From: a virus
DNA length: 64,000 bases
Reading direction: 5' to 3' (one strand)
Virus record (IMG/VR): IMGVR_UViG_3300035696_000013
Span: 32,001 to 96,000 of that record
Positions 10,715 through 20,383 of this stretch are shown one piece after another. Positions within the stretch are counted from its first letter, which is position 1. Every line of letters begins with the position of its first letter. The notes under the pieces are model-generated. The model was not told where the DNA came from. It was given only the letters and a program-made list of their open reading frames with translations, and made no database searches. Both the position numbers and the translations under genes were made by a program.

Positions 10715-10880
10715 GCTCTTCTTCGTTCTCTACATCTTCATCAGAAGACATGACAGTCCCTTTCCAATCTGGGCAAGAACTGCTGGCAATTGCTATTGCT
10801 TTCTTAACAGCTTCTTCGTCATTGTCAGCATCTACATTAACAAAATCTTCAGCTTCCACTAAAACAATGTAATTTTTCAT
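10707..10880 (-). CDS. Small acidic hypothetical protein (57 aa)
   Basis: MKNYIVLVEAEDFVNVDADNDEEAVKKA..., fills the operon gap. Confidence 0.5.
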   Translation of the reverse strand: MKNYIVLVEAEDFVNVDADNDEEAVKKAIAIASSSCPDWKGTVMSSDEDVENEEEHE

Positions 10881-10881
10881 G

Positions 10882-11046
10882 TTATATATTCTGACTTAAG
10901 ACCAGTCCTCTTTCAATCATTCTATCGACAACTTGTTCAACAATTTGATCCAGAAGCTCGTCAGGAAGAGAGATAATGCGCCCTTTTTCGTCTACTTTTA
11001 TACAATTATCCTGACTGTCTGTAATTCCGATTTCATTTTGATTCAT
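10882..11046 (-). CDS. Small hypothetical protein (54 aa)
   Basis: MNQNEIGITDSQDNCIKVDEKGRII..., fills the operon gap. Confidence 0.45.
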   Translation of the reverse strand: MNQNEIGITDSQDNCIKVDEKGRIISLPDELLDQIVEQVVDRMIERGLVLSQNI

Positions 11047-12124
11047 GCAATTCTCCAAACCTTTGTTTCAATACTGGAACCATAGCTTCAGCAGAAGGTT
11101 TGCTGCCTACGATCCAAAACAAAGATCGCTCGTTTAGGTAGGGACGAAAAATGTCCAAATTATCCTTCATATAATGCATCATCTTACCCTCATAACGAGG
11201 GTGAAACTCTATATCTTTATAGGAGTAAGGCATGAGATCGTTGTATTCGCAATAGCCTGTGCCATTCAGATTATAGTGCTCAAGAATGTAAGGAGCTATC
11301 TTTGAAGATTCTGGTTCAAGATCCTGATTGTGCTTAAATCTCCATCTAAAACAATCGGTCAAGCGAGCGTTCCAAGGCGTTCTCTCTTCTATTGATACTT
11401 GCTCTATCACCTGCAATCGACGATAAATATAAGCAGGATCTGTACTGCCAAAAGAACCGATTCCCAAAAGAATCACTCTCTTAAGGTTTTTGGGTCTAAA
11501 ACGTGTAATCCCATACAAAACGGAGGTCACACTGTTGCAACTACCCGCTGGAACGATAATTGTTTCAATCTCAGCAGGAAGATTTCGAACTTGTTCGCTG
11601 CCTACTTTATGGAAAGCTTCTACTCGTTCGGGAGAGTTCTTTTCTTGATCAACAGTGATATTGGTCTCTAAGTGAAAATAGCCAGGAAATTCTGTTTCTG
11701 TCAATTCCTTAGCCTTACTATTCAAAGTAGCAGCATATCCAGGGTTAAAACTTCTAAACTGAGCACCCAACCATTTTGCTGCTGCAAGTGTCTCGTGCTC
11801 TTCGGGACGTTTAGTACCAATACAATCTACAACAGGAAGACCAAAATGCACCCCAATACAAGCAGTCATAGGATGTTGGGGACTCCCGGTAACGGCTCCA
11901 TGAGAAATTCCAACTGCACCTTGTTTGATAGCTTCGGAGACTAACCAGATACACTGTCGTAGCTTAGAACCATTAATGCCGCCATAACCCAGCGGAGCAA
12001 ATTTATCTTCTCGCTTGAACCACATGCCGCCAATCTTTTCGCATGGCGAGAGGTCTAAAATGTGATCTTCCCAATGTATCAAATCACGATCTATGCTCTG
12101 TATCTGGAAGATGCTATCGTTCAT
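11033..12124 (-). CDS. Fold-type II PLP-dependent enzyme (ACC deaminase/D-Cys desulfhydrase-like), putative DNA-adduct decarboxylase
   Basis: WFKRED...GGINGSKLR PLP-lysine motif; PAGSCNS phosphate-binding loop; HPRYEGK. Confidence 0.8.
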   Translation of the reverse strand: MNDSIFQIQSIDRDLIHWEDHILDLSPCEKIGGMWFKREDKFAPLGYGGINGSKLRQCIWLVSEAIKQGAVGISHGAVTGSPQHPMTACIGVHFGLPVVDCIGTKRPEEHETLAAAKWLGAQFRSFNPGYAATLNSKAKELTETEFPGYFHLETNITVDQEKNSPERVEAFHKVGSEQVRNLPAEIETIIVPAGSCNSVTSVLYGITRFRPKNLKRVILLGIGSFGSTDPAYIYRRLQVIEQVSIEERTPWNARLTDCFRWRFKHNQDLEPESSKIAPYILEHYNLNGTGYCEYNDLMPYSYKDIEFHPRYEGKMMHYMKDNLDIFRPYLNERSLFWIVGSKPSAEAMVPVLKQRFGELHESK

Positions 12125-12260
12125 AATTTCCCTTGTAGTATGATACTGCAAAGTTGGTAGGAAAACAAGCTTTTCGCTCGATTTTTCCTGTTTACTTGTA
12201 AGTCCCGGTATTATACAGACCTAAAACCTAAGTCGCGGCTCCTGGAAAGTATTGACTATT

Positions 12261-13766
12261 ATGACCGAAGCTCCAAAAACCACAAAAGAAAGCTACGCTT
12301 ACAACTTTTGGCGTCTTTTTCATTGTTTCTTGCGTCATTCTCGTACAGAGGAAGAACTGTCTCGTACAAAAGATACTTGGACTTGGATGATGGACAATGT
12401 GGTCAGTTTACGCAAAATTTGTGTGGACGTGCAACTTGATTTATTGAATGTCATTTGGTCCGTTGCTACCGAAACTCAGGATCTACCCGGCTACAATCTT
12501 GTCCTTGAAACCGTTCAGGGAATGGAAAAGAACGATGCTCTCCTAGATGCCTTAAAAGAATACTGCAGTTTTGAACCTCAGCTAACAATACACGATCCTG
12601 AGGATTTGGCAGGAGTTTTTCGCGAATTAGCTACCGATTGGGAAAAAGAACGAATTTCAAGTTTGCTAAGGACCACATTCAGAATAGTCAATAAAAACAT
12701 TGAAGAAAACAAAGTAAAGTGGTCTGGTCCTCGAGATGGGATTCATTATTTGATGAAAGGACTAGAAAGCGGTCTTCTTGTGGGAGAAGCCGAATCAACT
12801 CATCCCATAGATGTAAAAAACGAGGCTGAAGGAATCATGGAATACTATGAAGAACAGGGACGTCGAGGATTTATAGATTCCGGTTTTCCCCAGTTTAAAT
12901 TTCAAGCCAGCAACTTCGTAGGAATTTTAGGTTATGCAGGAGATGGCAAATCCGTAACAGGACGATATTTCCTGTACAACATGGCTGTACAGGGGAAACG
13001 AGTTATCCATATTTCTCTTGAGAATAGTTCAACCGTGGAGCGCAATAAGTTCATTATCATGCACGCTCATAATCCAAAGTTTGGAGACGAATTCAAGAGC
13101 ATCTCGTACGAAAGGTTCAAACACCATCTTTTGTCCTATCGAGAACGCGGCTATCTTGAAGAAGTTGCCAAAGACTTTAGAGCGAATGTAAGTGGAAACA
13201 TCATAATCCATCAGCCTCTAATCGCCAGCTGGCCGCACTGTAAGAACTTTATCGAGGCACAAGACCTTATTGAAAACATAGAGGCAGTGCAGATAGATTA
13301 TCTTCAGTTAATCGACCCACCTACGTCTAAAAATGAACCGGATCAAAGAACTCGAATGACTACCATGGTTAAAGATGTACGGCAGTACGCTCTGACCTTT
13401 GGAGGCAGCCGAAAGCTAGTTATTATTTCTCCTGTTCAATCAAACGAAGAGGGAATCACACGTGCTCGTAATGAAGAGGGAGTTTGGAACTTAAGCGGGA
13501 TCAACAACGATAAAGAACTGGGCCGCAGCATGGACTTCATTGTAGGCGTCTGTAACCGAGGCAAGGCGAACATTGCTCATTATGGAGAAGTTCAAGATTT
13601 AGTTTTCTCCTGCGTCAAAGAACGCGATGGTATCGGCTTTTCTCCTTTCTTTGCACAACTAACCGGGGCAGGATGGCTCATCCCTTCATCTCGTTTTGGT
13701 CCACAAGTTGCTTCTACAGAGACAGAAACTTTGAATGACAATGTTGATCCGGAAATGGAACAGTAA
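12261..13766 (+). CDS. DnaB-like replicative helicase
   Basis: Walker A GYAGDGKS, SLE, QIDYLQLI, PVQSN, KER motifs. Confidence 0.75.
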   Translation: MTEAPKTTKESYAYNFWRLFHCFLRHSRTEEELSRTKDTWTWMMDNVVSLRKICVDVQLDLLNVIWSVATETQDLPGYNLVLETVQGMEKNDALLDALKEYCSFEPQLTIHDPEDLAGVFRELATDWEKERISSLLRTTFRIVNKNIEENKVKWSGPRDGIHYLMKGLESGLLVGEAESTHPIDVKNEAEGIMEYYEEQGRRGFIDSGFPQFKFQASNFVGILGYAGDGKSVTGRYFLYNMAVQGKRVIHISLENSSTVERNKFIIMHAHNPKFGDEFKSISYERFKHHLLSYRERGYLEEVAKDFRANVSGNIIIHQPLIASWPHCKNFIEAQDLIENIEAVQIDYLQLIDPPTSKNEPDQRTRMTTMVKDVRQYALTFGGSRKLVIISPVQSNEEGITRARNEEGVWNLSGINNDKELGRSMDFIVGVCNRGKANIAHYGEVQDLVFSCVKERDGIGFSPFFAQLTGAGWLIPSSRFGPQVASTETETLNDNVDPEMEQ

Positions 13767-14296
13767 TGACAAAAGTAACTGAGAGTCAACCCGTATATCT
13801 CGAAATTAAAAACTGGGAGAAGTATCAAGCTGACAATAAAGGTCAAGTTCGAGAAGGTCCTTCACCCTGGATTAAGGACTGGACTGATAAGGAATCTGAT
13901 TACGAATATAGTAAATTAACTTACTACCAACGCTATGTATATGACGCCTTGCGTAGGCTAAAAGGGAAGACTGGAAAGAATCCTCCGAATGATCCTTTGT
14001 ACATAGCACGAGCCACGCACGCACTACCTAGAGATAGCGCACACATAGCGCACGCCATACGCACACTCATCGATTTAGGGCTTGTGCGTATAGTGTGGGT
14101 GGCGAATTCGAACTCACACACTACGCACGCACTACCTACCCCCTCGGGAAGTCCACTAGAATCAGGAGATAGAAGCTCTTCAGATATAGATATAGAAAGA
14201 GATAGAGTAGATATAGATATATCTACGAATGGATCAACAGAGAATAGCGAGAGTGTTACAGTAGGCAAAGGGTTCCAAGAGGAGAGTGCACTCTAA
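13766..14296 (+). CDS. Putative replication initiator
   Basis: IKNWEKYQ motif, DIDIERDRVDIDI linker, internal direct repeats, next to helicase. Confidence 0.55.
   Translation: MTKVTESQPVYLEIKNWEKYQADNKGQVREGPSPWIKDWTDKESDYEYSKLTYYQRYVYDALRRLKGKTGKNPPNDPLYIARATHALPRDSAHIAHAIRTLIDLGLVRIVWVANSNSHTTHALPTPSGSPLESGDRSSSDIDIERDRVDIDISTNGSTENSESVTVGKGFQEESAL
14015..14225. repeat. Iteron-like repeats and low-complexity tract (candidate origin)
   Basis: ACGCACGCACTACCTA at 14015 and 14123, further RCGCAC units between them, then a GATATA-rich tract. Confidence 0.45.
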
Positions 14297-14850
14297 TGGC
14301 GGATCTCCCAGCAAAAGAAAGACTGGCAAATAAGTTATGGACTCTGGTGGGTCGTCCTGCAAAGGCTGACTACCAGGGATGGGCTTCTCAATTTTCCCGT
14401 TTGCTCGAATCACATCCATTAGAAGAAATCGCCGATGTAATGACTTTTGCTCTTGAGCAGAATCCTTACTCCGCCGAATACTTGAGAGCCGCTAACGATC
14501 CCGCTGCCTCGTTCGCAAAGAATTATGATGATCTGTTGCGTCGTCGTAAAGCAAAGCAAAAAGCTGACCAGATTGCTATCCGTAATGAGGAAGACGACTT
14601 AATTCCTCTCCCTTACCGTTGCCCTCACAATATACATCTGTGCCCTTTTCAATGCCTAAAGTGTTTACGTTTGGCTCGTCTTATCGGTCGTAGTGCAAAG
14701 GAGATTAAACTCATTTGGCAGAGCTTGCACGTGGCGGAAATTGAAGCCGATTTGAAAGAACTGGAACAAAATCGTGCTTATCAGAAAAATTATTTTGAGC
14801 AGCGAACGAAGAAGTCTCCTTTTCCCAAGAAGACTGAGAAAACTAAGTAA
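14296..14850 (+). CDS. Hypothetical replication-module protein
   Basis: 184 aa; TAATG coupling to upstream gene. Confidence 0.6.
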   Translation: MADLPAKERLANKLWTLVGRPAKADYQGWASQFSRLLESHPLEEIADVMTFALEQNPYSAEYLRAANDPAASFAKNYDDLLRRRKAKQKADQIAIRNEEDDLIPLPYRCPHNIHLCPFQCLKCLRLARLIGRSAKEIKLIWQSLHVAEIEADLKELEQNRAYQKNYFEQRTKKSPFPKKTEKTK

Positions 14851-15003
14851 CTTGTCTTTTTTATCATAGTGCTGAAACCTTCATAAATACAGTATTAATT
14901 CCCTATCGTCGCGAAAATCGCCAATGAAAATTTAGGTCAATTTCAAACCCAGAAGAGTACCCTGACTGTTACTAATTTCTCTTCTTTTAAGGATCAACAT
15001 TTC

Positions 15004-16959
15004 ATGATGTCAAGTCGCATGTCCCCCTTTCAACAGTATATTCACAAATCGAGATATGCACGCTGGCTTCCGGATCAAAATCGAAGGGAAAATTGGGAAG
15101 AAACAGTACATCGGTACATAGAATTCTTTACTCCCCGCATTCCTGAAGTGGATCGCGAGAAGATTTCCACAGACCTAGAAAAGGCTATCCTCTCCTTGGA
15201 AGTTATGCCTTCCATGAGAGCTTTGATGACAGCTGGCCCTGCTCTAAAGAAGGACAATGCAGCCGGGTACAACTGCTCTTTCCTAATTGTGGACGATCCT
15301 CGCGCTTTCGACGAAGCAATGTATCTTAGCATGTGTAGCGCAGGAGTAGGGTTTTCGGTTGAACGACAGTTTGTGGCGATGTTGCCGACGATTGCAGAGA
15401 ACTTTTATCCGACTGATACGACCATCAAAGTTATGGACAGCAAGATTGGATGGGCAACGGGATTCCGCCAACTCATTCAGCTTTTGTACGGCGGTTTGAT
15501 ACCTAAATGGGATCTTAGCGCCGTTCGTCCTGCTGGTGCTCCGCTCAGAACCTTTGGTGGTCGTGCTTCGGGTCCTGCTCCGTTGGATCGTCTCTTCAAA
15601 TTCACAGTAAACCTTTTCCGTCGCGCTGCTGGTCGTAAATTCAATTCCATTGAGTGTCATGATTTGATGTGTAAGGTTGCCGATGTAGTTGTCTCGGGTG
15701 GCGTAAGACGATCAGCAATGATTTCGCTTTCTAACCTATCTGATGATCGCATGCGGAATGCCAAGAATGGAAAGTGGTGGGAAGACAACGGCCATCGCGC
15801 ACTGAGCAATAATTCTGTGGCTTACACAGAAAAACCTGAAATGGAAATTTTCCTTCGCGAATGGCTCACTCTGGTAGAAAGTAAATCGGGTGAGCGCGGT
15901 ATTTTCAATCGCGAAGCTGCTCAATTACAAGCAAAGAAAAATGGCCGTCGTAAATACAAAGGAATCAACTTTGGAACCAATCCTTGTTCTGAAATTATTC
16001 TTCGTTCTAAAGGATTGTGCAATTTAACCGAGGTAGTTGTCCGTCCTGAAGATTCAGTAAACACTTTGAAACGCAAGATTCGTCTAGCAGTCATTATGGG
16101 CTGCTTGCAATCTACCCTGACTGACTTTCGCTATTTAAGAAAAGAATGGCAAAAGAATGCAGAGGAAGAACGATTGCTAGGAGTTTCTCTAACCGGAATA
16201 GCCGACAACGTTTTGTTATCAACGAATGGCCCTGAATTGGAGAAACTCCTAGACGAGCTACATGACTATGCTGTGAATGTCTGTAAGGATTGGTCCAAGC
16301 GGCTGAATATTAAACTTGCTACCGCCATTACTTGCGTAAAGCCATCCGGGACTGTCTCGCAGCTTGTGAACAGCGCGTCCGGAATTCATGGACGATGGTC
16401 CGATTATTATCTTCGTGCCGTTCGAGGGGATAAGAAGGACCCTCTAGGCCAATTCTTAAAGGCTATGGGCATTCCTAATGAACCGGACATCACTAAACCA
16501 AACGATGTAGATATTTTCTATTTTCCAATGGAGTCTCCCAAGAGCAGTGTAAAGCGAAATGATACCTCAGCCATTGAGCAGCTTGAATTGTATCTGACCT
16601 ACTATCGCCATTGGTGCGAACACAATGTCAGCATCACAATTTATGTTAAAGAAAACGAATGGTTGAAGGTCGCTGCTTGGGTATATGAGCATTTTAATGA
16701 AGTCGGAGGAATCAGCTTCCTGCCCTATTCGGATCATGTCTATCAACAAGCTCCTTATACCGAAATCACAGAAGAAGAGTATCAGACTAGGAAAGCTGCA
16801 TTTCCGGAAATAGATTGGTCCAGACTTCCTGAGTTTGAAAAGGAAGACAATACCGTAGGCACCAAGGAGCTAGCTTGCTCTGCTGGCGTTTGCGAGTTAG
16901 TTGATATCACAGGCGTTCGCGATACAACTAATACTGACAACATTTCTAATTTGCAGTAG
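15004..16959 (+). CDS. nrdJ: Class II (B12-dependent) ribonucleotide reductase
   Basis: PSMRAL, YNC, GGVRRSA, TNPCSEI, CNLTEV, KPSGTVSQL, C-terminal CSAGVC; no nrdB nearby. Confidence 0.93.
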   Translation: MMSSRMSPFQQYIHKSRYARWLPDQNRRENWEETVHRYIEFFTPRIPEVDREKISTDLEKAILSLEVMPSMRALMTAGPALKKDNAAGYNCSFLIVDDPRAFDEAMYLSMCSAGVGFSVERQFVAMLPTIAENFYPTDTTIKVMDSKIGWATGFRQLIQLLYGGLIPKWDLSAVRPAGAPLRTFGGRASGPAPLDRLFKFTVNLFRRAAGRKFNSIECHDLMCKVADVVVSGGVRRSAMISLSNLSDDRMRNAKNGKWWEDNGHRALSNNSVAYTEKPEMEIFLREWLTLVESKSGERGIFNREAAQLQAKKNGRRKYKGINFGTNPCSEIILRSKGLCNLTEVVVRPEDSVNTLKRKIRLAVIMGCLQSTLTDFRYLRKEWQKNAEEERLLGVSLTGIADNVLLSTNGPELEKLLDELHDYAVNVCKDWSKRLNIKLATAITCVKPSGTVSQLVNSASGIHGRWSDYYLRAVRGDKKDPLGQFLKAMGIPNEPDITKPNDVDIFYFPMESPKSSVKRNDTSAIEQLELYLTYYRHWCEHNVSITIYVKENEWLKVAAWVYEHFNEVGGISFLPYSDHVYQQAPYTEITEEEYQTRKAAFPEIDWSRLPEFEKEDNTVGTKELACSAGVCELVDITGVRDTTNTDNISNLQ

Positions 16960-16969
16960 TGAGGATTGA

Positions 16970-17593
16970 ATGATCATAGGTATTTCGGGAGTCTCTTCTA
17001 CGGGAAAGTCTTCCCTGGCAAAAGCCGCAGCAGAAAAGTTGAATCTTCCCGTTCTCCTTGATACAGACTGGCATGAGAGAGCTTGGAAATGGCTTGAAGA
17101 AAAAGGCTTGATGCCTCATACTAAGTTCTTTCCTGAACTAACACCAGAAGAACACATCAATTTTGAACGAGCCGCCGTTTCTTCTCGCATTGCTATGGAA
17201 AACGAACAGTCAGAATTTATCGGGGATGAAACGCCACTCGAATACATAAATTATCTGTACCTCACTTGTGCTCCGTATCCCAATTTGATTTCTCCAACTG
17301 AATTGAATGTCATGATTGATGCTCTGCGTTCTCAGTTGCGTCGATACGATCTAATTTGGTATCTACCTTTTGGACAATTGCCTGTAGTAGACGATGGCCG
17401 CCGTCTCACTAATGAGCATCTCTTAAAAGGATTGGATTATCGACTACGGGGAATGATGCAAGAACTAATAGAGTTGCAACATCCCATTATTGGGATTATC
17501 AATGACATTACGGATTTGGAAACACGTGTAAAGATTGTGTTGACTTCGCCTGAGATCATAAAGCAGAATAAACAGAGGAAGAAAATTAATTAG
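16970..17593 (+). CDS. P-loop kinase/ATPase (AAA_28/dNMP kinase-like)
   Basis: GVSSTGKS; YDLIWY; DDGRR. Confidence 0.7.
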   Translation: MIIGISGVSSTGKSSLAKAAAEKLNLPVLLDTDWHERAWKWLEEKGLMPHTKFFPELTPEEHINFERAAVSSRIAMENEQSEFIGDETPLEYINYLYLTCAPYPNLISPTELNVMIDALRSQLRRYDLIWYLPFGQLPVVDDGRRLTNEHLLKGLDYRLRGMMQELIELQHPIIGIINDITDLETRVKIVLTSPEIIKQNKQRKKIN

Positions 17594-17606
17594 AGAGACT
17601 TATAAC

Positions 17607-17795
17607 ATGAGCGAAAGTGCAACAGAGCAATTCTTAACGTGGTACGAACAAGCTAAAGCGAAAGGCTTGAAAAGCATAAATTTCTGCCCAGCAGATACTT
17701 CTATGTCTACGGTTGAATCTTTCTTAGAGGAAGTTAATGCCGTGCGTCGTGCAGTAGACAGAGGGGAATTTCAAGAATTATCTGACGAAATTTAG
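17607..17795 (+). CDS. Hypothetical protein
   Basis: 62 aa ORF in operon position. Confidence 0.5.
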   Translation: MSESATEQFLTWYEQAKAKGLKSINFCPADTSMSTVESFLEEVNAVRRAVDRGEFQELSDEI

Positions 17796-18133
17796 AGTTT
17801 CTGAATTTTGGCTTGTATTTCTTTTGCTAGATCAAAGTATATCGAGAAGTATCTTACTGGCTCTCCCCACCGTTGAAATTCCATATGGAACACCAAGGCT
17901 ATGATGTGAGCAATGGCTGTGACTCCCACTTTTTTGTATCCTTCACTCACAATTTCTTTGGCTATGTAACGAGATTCAGGGTCGTATTCATCGCTCGGAG
18001 CACCCACCTTGAGTAGCTGCTCTAAATCGGCCTTGTCAACGAGATGCTTAACTACGATAAATACTCTCTGTTCAAGGGCTTCCAGTTTTTCAGGAGGGGC
18101 AATTCGATCTTCAGAATTCTTTTTATTAGCCAT
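17792..18133 (-). CDS. DUF1871/YugE-like protein
   Basis: APSDEYDPE motif. Confidence 0.5.
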   Translation of the reverse strand: MANKKNSEDRIAPPEKLEALEQRVFIVVKHLVDKADLEQLLKVGAPSDEYDPESRYIAKEIVSEGYKKVGVTAIAHIIALVFHMEFQRWGEPVRYFSIYFDLAKEIQAKIQKL

Positions 18134-18142
18134 GTTAAATAA

Positions 18143-18172
18143 TGCCGGAAAACTCCTTTTGTGTAGTAGATT
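18143..18172 (+). promoter_or_regulatory. Bipartite phage promoter motif (degenerate)
   Basis: TGCCGGA-N16-GTAGATT. Confidence 0.5.
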
Positions 18173-18188
18173 ATAAGTGGAGAGATAA

Positions 18189-19133
18189 ATGAGCATCCCT
18201 GCCACAGACAAGATTGTCGCAACCGCCGCCACCAAGCACATCACTCACTCTTTCGATGTTTCTCGATTCAAAGGGGCTTTGCGTTCTCTTGAAATTGGGC
18301 AGCAAATGGGTAAGATCTACAACATGGAATTTGAAAATGCAAAGTACTGGATTGCCCAAGGAACCGAGCATGCTCAACATATAGCAGCCGAAAAAGCACG
18401 TACCGATAAAGTCTACTCCGACGCAGATCCACGTGGAGATATTGGCTACGCCTTTTGTATGAATCAGGCTGCTTCTCTGGCTCGTCGTCTTAGGAAGCTG
18501 GATTCGAAACTTATCACGCCGGGGATACAATCGTACCTGGAAACCTTGGATCAGATTGCTGCAGTTTACATCTGGTTGAAATCGTTTAAGCCCATTATCG
18601 TTAAGGGTAGAAAGCCTAATCCGAATGCTCCTCCGCCGGATTTGACTAATATGGCAACTTGTGCCATTTGTTTCAGACAGCAAAAATTAGTCAAAGAAAA
18701 CAATGAATTGGTTATGGTGCATCATGGCTTTCACATTAGCGATGGAGCAGGACGATACTACGGGTACCGTGCTGGGTCCTGCCAAGGTGTTGGTTTTCAG
18801 CCTTATGAATTGAGCAGCGAAGCAAACGAGGCATACAAAAAGCTTCTCGGAGCACAACTGCTTTGTCAACAGGAATTTCTTCAGAAATTAAACAAGGGAG
18901 AGATTACAACCCTTCAATATCGCGTTCGTTCTACTGGGGATATTACTGAGTGGAAAACCACTTCTCGAGGAGATTCTGACTGGGATAAAATTTTCAAGAA
19001 AGAATTGAATGAGGCAGAATCCAATATCAAGCAGATCAAAAGCGACATCTCTTGGCAAGACGATCTTATTGCTCGTTGGACTCCTCAATCGGTAGTTTTC
19101 GACGGAACAACGTATCAAGCTTCCAGAGGTTAA
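18189..19133 (+). CDS. Hypothetical protein with CxxC/His motif
   Basis: 314 aa; TCAICFR...HHGF...GSC; promoter and RBS upstream. Confidence 0.7.
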   Translation: MSIPATDKIVATAATKHITHSFDVSRFKGALRSLEIGQQMGKIYNMEFENAKYWIAQGTEHAQHIAAEKARTDKVYSDADPRGDIGYAFCMNQAASLARRLRKLDSKLITPGIQSYLETLDQIAAVYIWLKSFKPIIVKGRKPNPNAPPPDLTNMATCAICFRQQKLVKENNELVMVHHGFHISDGAGRYYGYRAGSCQGVGFQPYELSSEANEAYKKLLGAQLLCQQEFLQKLNKGEITTLQYRVRSTGDITEWKTTSRGDSDWDKIFKKELNEAESNIKQIKSDISWQDDLIARWTPQSVVFDGTTYQASRG

Positions 19134-19137
19134 TTTT

Positions 19138-19317
19138 ATGGAAGTTCTTTACACCAATCAAAGAGGTCTTGAATTCTTCCTCTCCTGCACAGGAACTGCT
19201 TTTGAAGGTCGCTATCCGGGTAAGATTAGTAATGTCGAAGAGGTTGCCATAGAAGTTATGAAACCTCATTGGATCTCGAATAAGCCTCCTGCTACTCCTA
19301 AGTCCTTGATTAACTAA
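19138..19317 (+). CDS. Small hypothetical protein (59 aa)
   Basis: MEVLYTNQRGLEFF..., GAGG RBS. Confidence 0.45.
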   Translation: MEVLYTNQRGLEFFLSCTGTAFEGRYPGKISNVEEVAIEVMKPHWISNKPPATPKSLIN

Positions 19318-19327
19318 GACTTAAAAC

Positions 19328-19357
19328 TACCCGAATCTGCAAGTTTCTGCGTAGATT
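19328..19357 (+). promoter_or_regulatory. Bipartite phage promoter motif
   Basis: TACCCGA-N16-GTAGATT. Confidence 0.65.
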
Positions 19358-19374
19358 GTAATAGAGATACGACT

Positions 19375-19602
19375 ATGAAACGAGCACTTCAAAAAGCCAA
19401 ACGAGATGCAGTGAAGTGGGCCAAAGCGGAGCTAAAGCGGCTCCTTGCTGAAGGTCGAAATCCACAAGATGCAGCTGAAGAAATTCTGATTGCGGTTTCT
19501 CGTCGACTGTATGGAATTGGTTGTCAAGTGGCCGTTTCGAAGGAATTGAATTTGCACTTTCGGCAACAAGAGGAAGAAAATGGAAGAACCAAAACAGCCT
19601 GA
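19375..19602 (+). CDS. Hypothetical protein
   Basis: 75 aa after promoter. Confidence 0.55.
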   Translation: MKRALQKAKRDAVKWAKAELKRLLAEGRNPQDAAEEILIAVSRRLYGIGCQVAVSKELNLHFRQQEEENGRTKTA

Positions 19603-19762
19603 ACTAGGAACTAAAGTCAGACATTCTTCCCATAAAGAGGAAGGAGTTGTAGAAGGCTACAACTCAAAAGGAACGCCGTTAGTGCGTTGGAGTTATGGAA
19701 ATCTGACTGCGACACCAGTTACTTCTCTAGAAACTGAACAGGAATTTTGCAGCGCAACTTAA
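19580..19762 (+). CDS. Small SH3-like hypothetical protein
   Basis: GTKVRH...EGVV...VRW pattern; RBS. Confidence 0.5.
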   Translation: MEEPKQPELGTKVRHSSHKEEGVVEGYNSKGTPLVRWSYGNLTATPVTSLETEQEFCSAT

Positions 19763-19784
19763 CTGGAAGAAGTAAAGAAATAAC

Positions 19785-19814
19785 TACCTGATTTCTAATT
19801 GTTGATCGTAGTAT
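19785..19814 (+). promoter_or_regulatory. Bipartite promoter heading the ncRNA array
   Basis: TACCTGA-N16-GTAGTAT. Confidence 0.65.
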
Positions 19815-19916
19815 CAATTGTGAAGCCGAGTATAGGAAGCGGCAAAGCCGCACAACGAAACTCGGAAGTCAAGGACTGACTGGCTGTACAGATGCATCGT
19901 CTACCTTGCAAAGTTT

Positions 19917-20018
19917 TGCACTGTGGTGCGATGGTTGCAACGCCATCTAACTGCGAGGAGCAGGGCCACAACTGGGATATCCCGGCAGGGAGAGTTAGGT
20001 TCAAATCCTAACAGTACA
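19917..20018 (+). ncRNA. tRNA-like RNA with expanded central domain
   Basis: Acceptor-like TGCACTG/CAGTACA; T arm TTAGG-TTCAAAT-CCTAA; no anticodon loop. Confidence 0.5.
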
Positions 20019-20186
20019 TTTGAGATGCCGTTCCGGACGGCGCTGGACCCATTTACGGCGAGGAGCCTAAACGGTGGGCAACCATCCGGAAAACTATTGG
20101 GAAGAAGTAAAAAAGTAGGCGGTGGGTGCTATCTGACAAGATCTTGCAAGGTTTTGTCAGGTAACGAGCCGCACCCACAAAGTTTT

Positions 20187-20274
20187 GTGTCTGTAGCTTA
20201 GAGGCAAAGCGGCAGCCATTAGCCCTTGGGCGCGTGGCAGCAGATCAGTGGTTCGAGTCCACTCGGATACACCA
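20187..20274 (+). ncRNA. tRNA-like RNA with extended anticodon arm, G3:U70, A73 and CCA
   Basis: GTGTCTG/CGGATAC-ACCA; normal D and T arms; 30-nt irregular anticodon arm. Confidence 0.7.
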
Positions 20275-20280
20275 GAATCA

Positions 20281-20383
20281 GGGTCCGTTACAAGGGTCCC
20301 TTCGTGCCCACTCTGTGATGGGGTGGGGACAGGGACCCTGCTGGGCGGATCCGGGGAAGGCGGACTAATCAACCGTCTGTCCC
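20281..20383 (+). ncRNA. Unknown structured RNA (long GC hairpin plus short hairpin)
   Basis: GGGTCCG/CGGATCC, AGGGTCCCT/AGGGACCCT, CCCACTC/GGGGTGGG, AGGCGG/CCGTCT. Confidence 0.5.

Noticed and set aside
12261-16959. Inteins or group I introns in DnaB or NrdJ (also checked RecA)
   Set aside because: Lengths are normal, frames continuous and no intein splice motifs were seen
19825-19866. Hammerhead ribozyme or c-di-GMP riboswitch
   Set aside because: Has CGAAAC and GGCAAAGCC but lacks the CTGANGA core and the second riboswitch stem
20187-20274. Ochre suppressor tRNA (TTA) with an intron, or an alternative genetic code
   Set aside because: No U33 or 7-nt loop and no bulge-helix-bulge or group I features; ORFs read normally in code 11 with all three stops used
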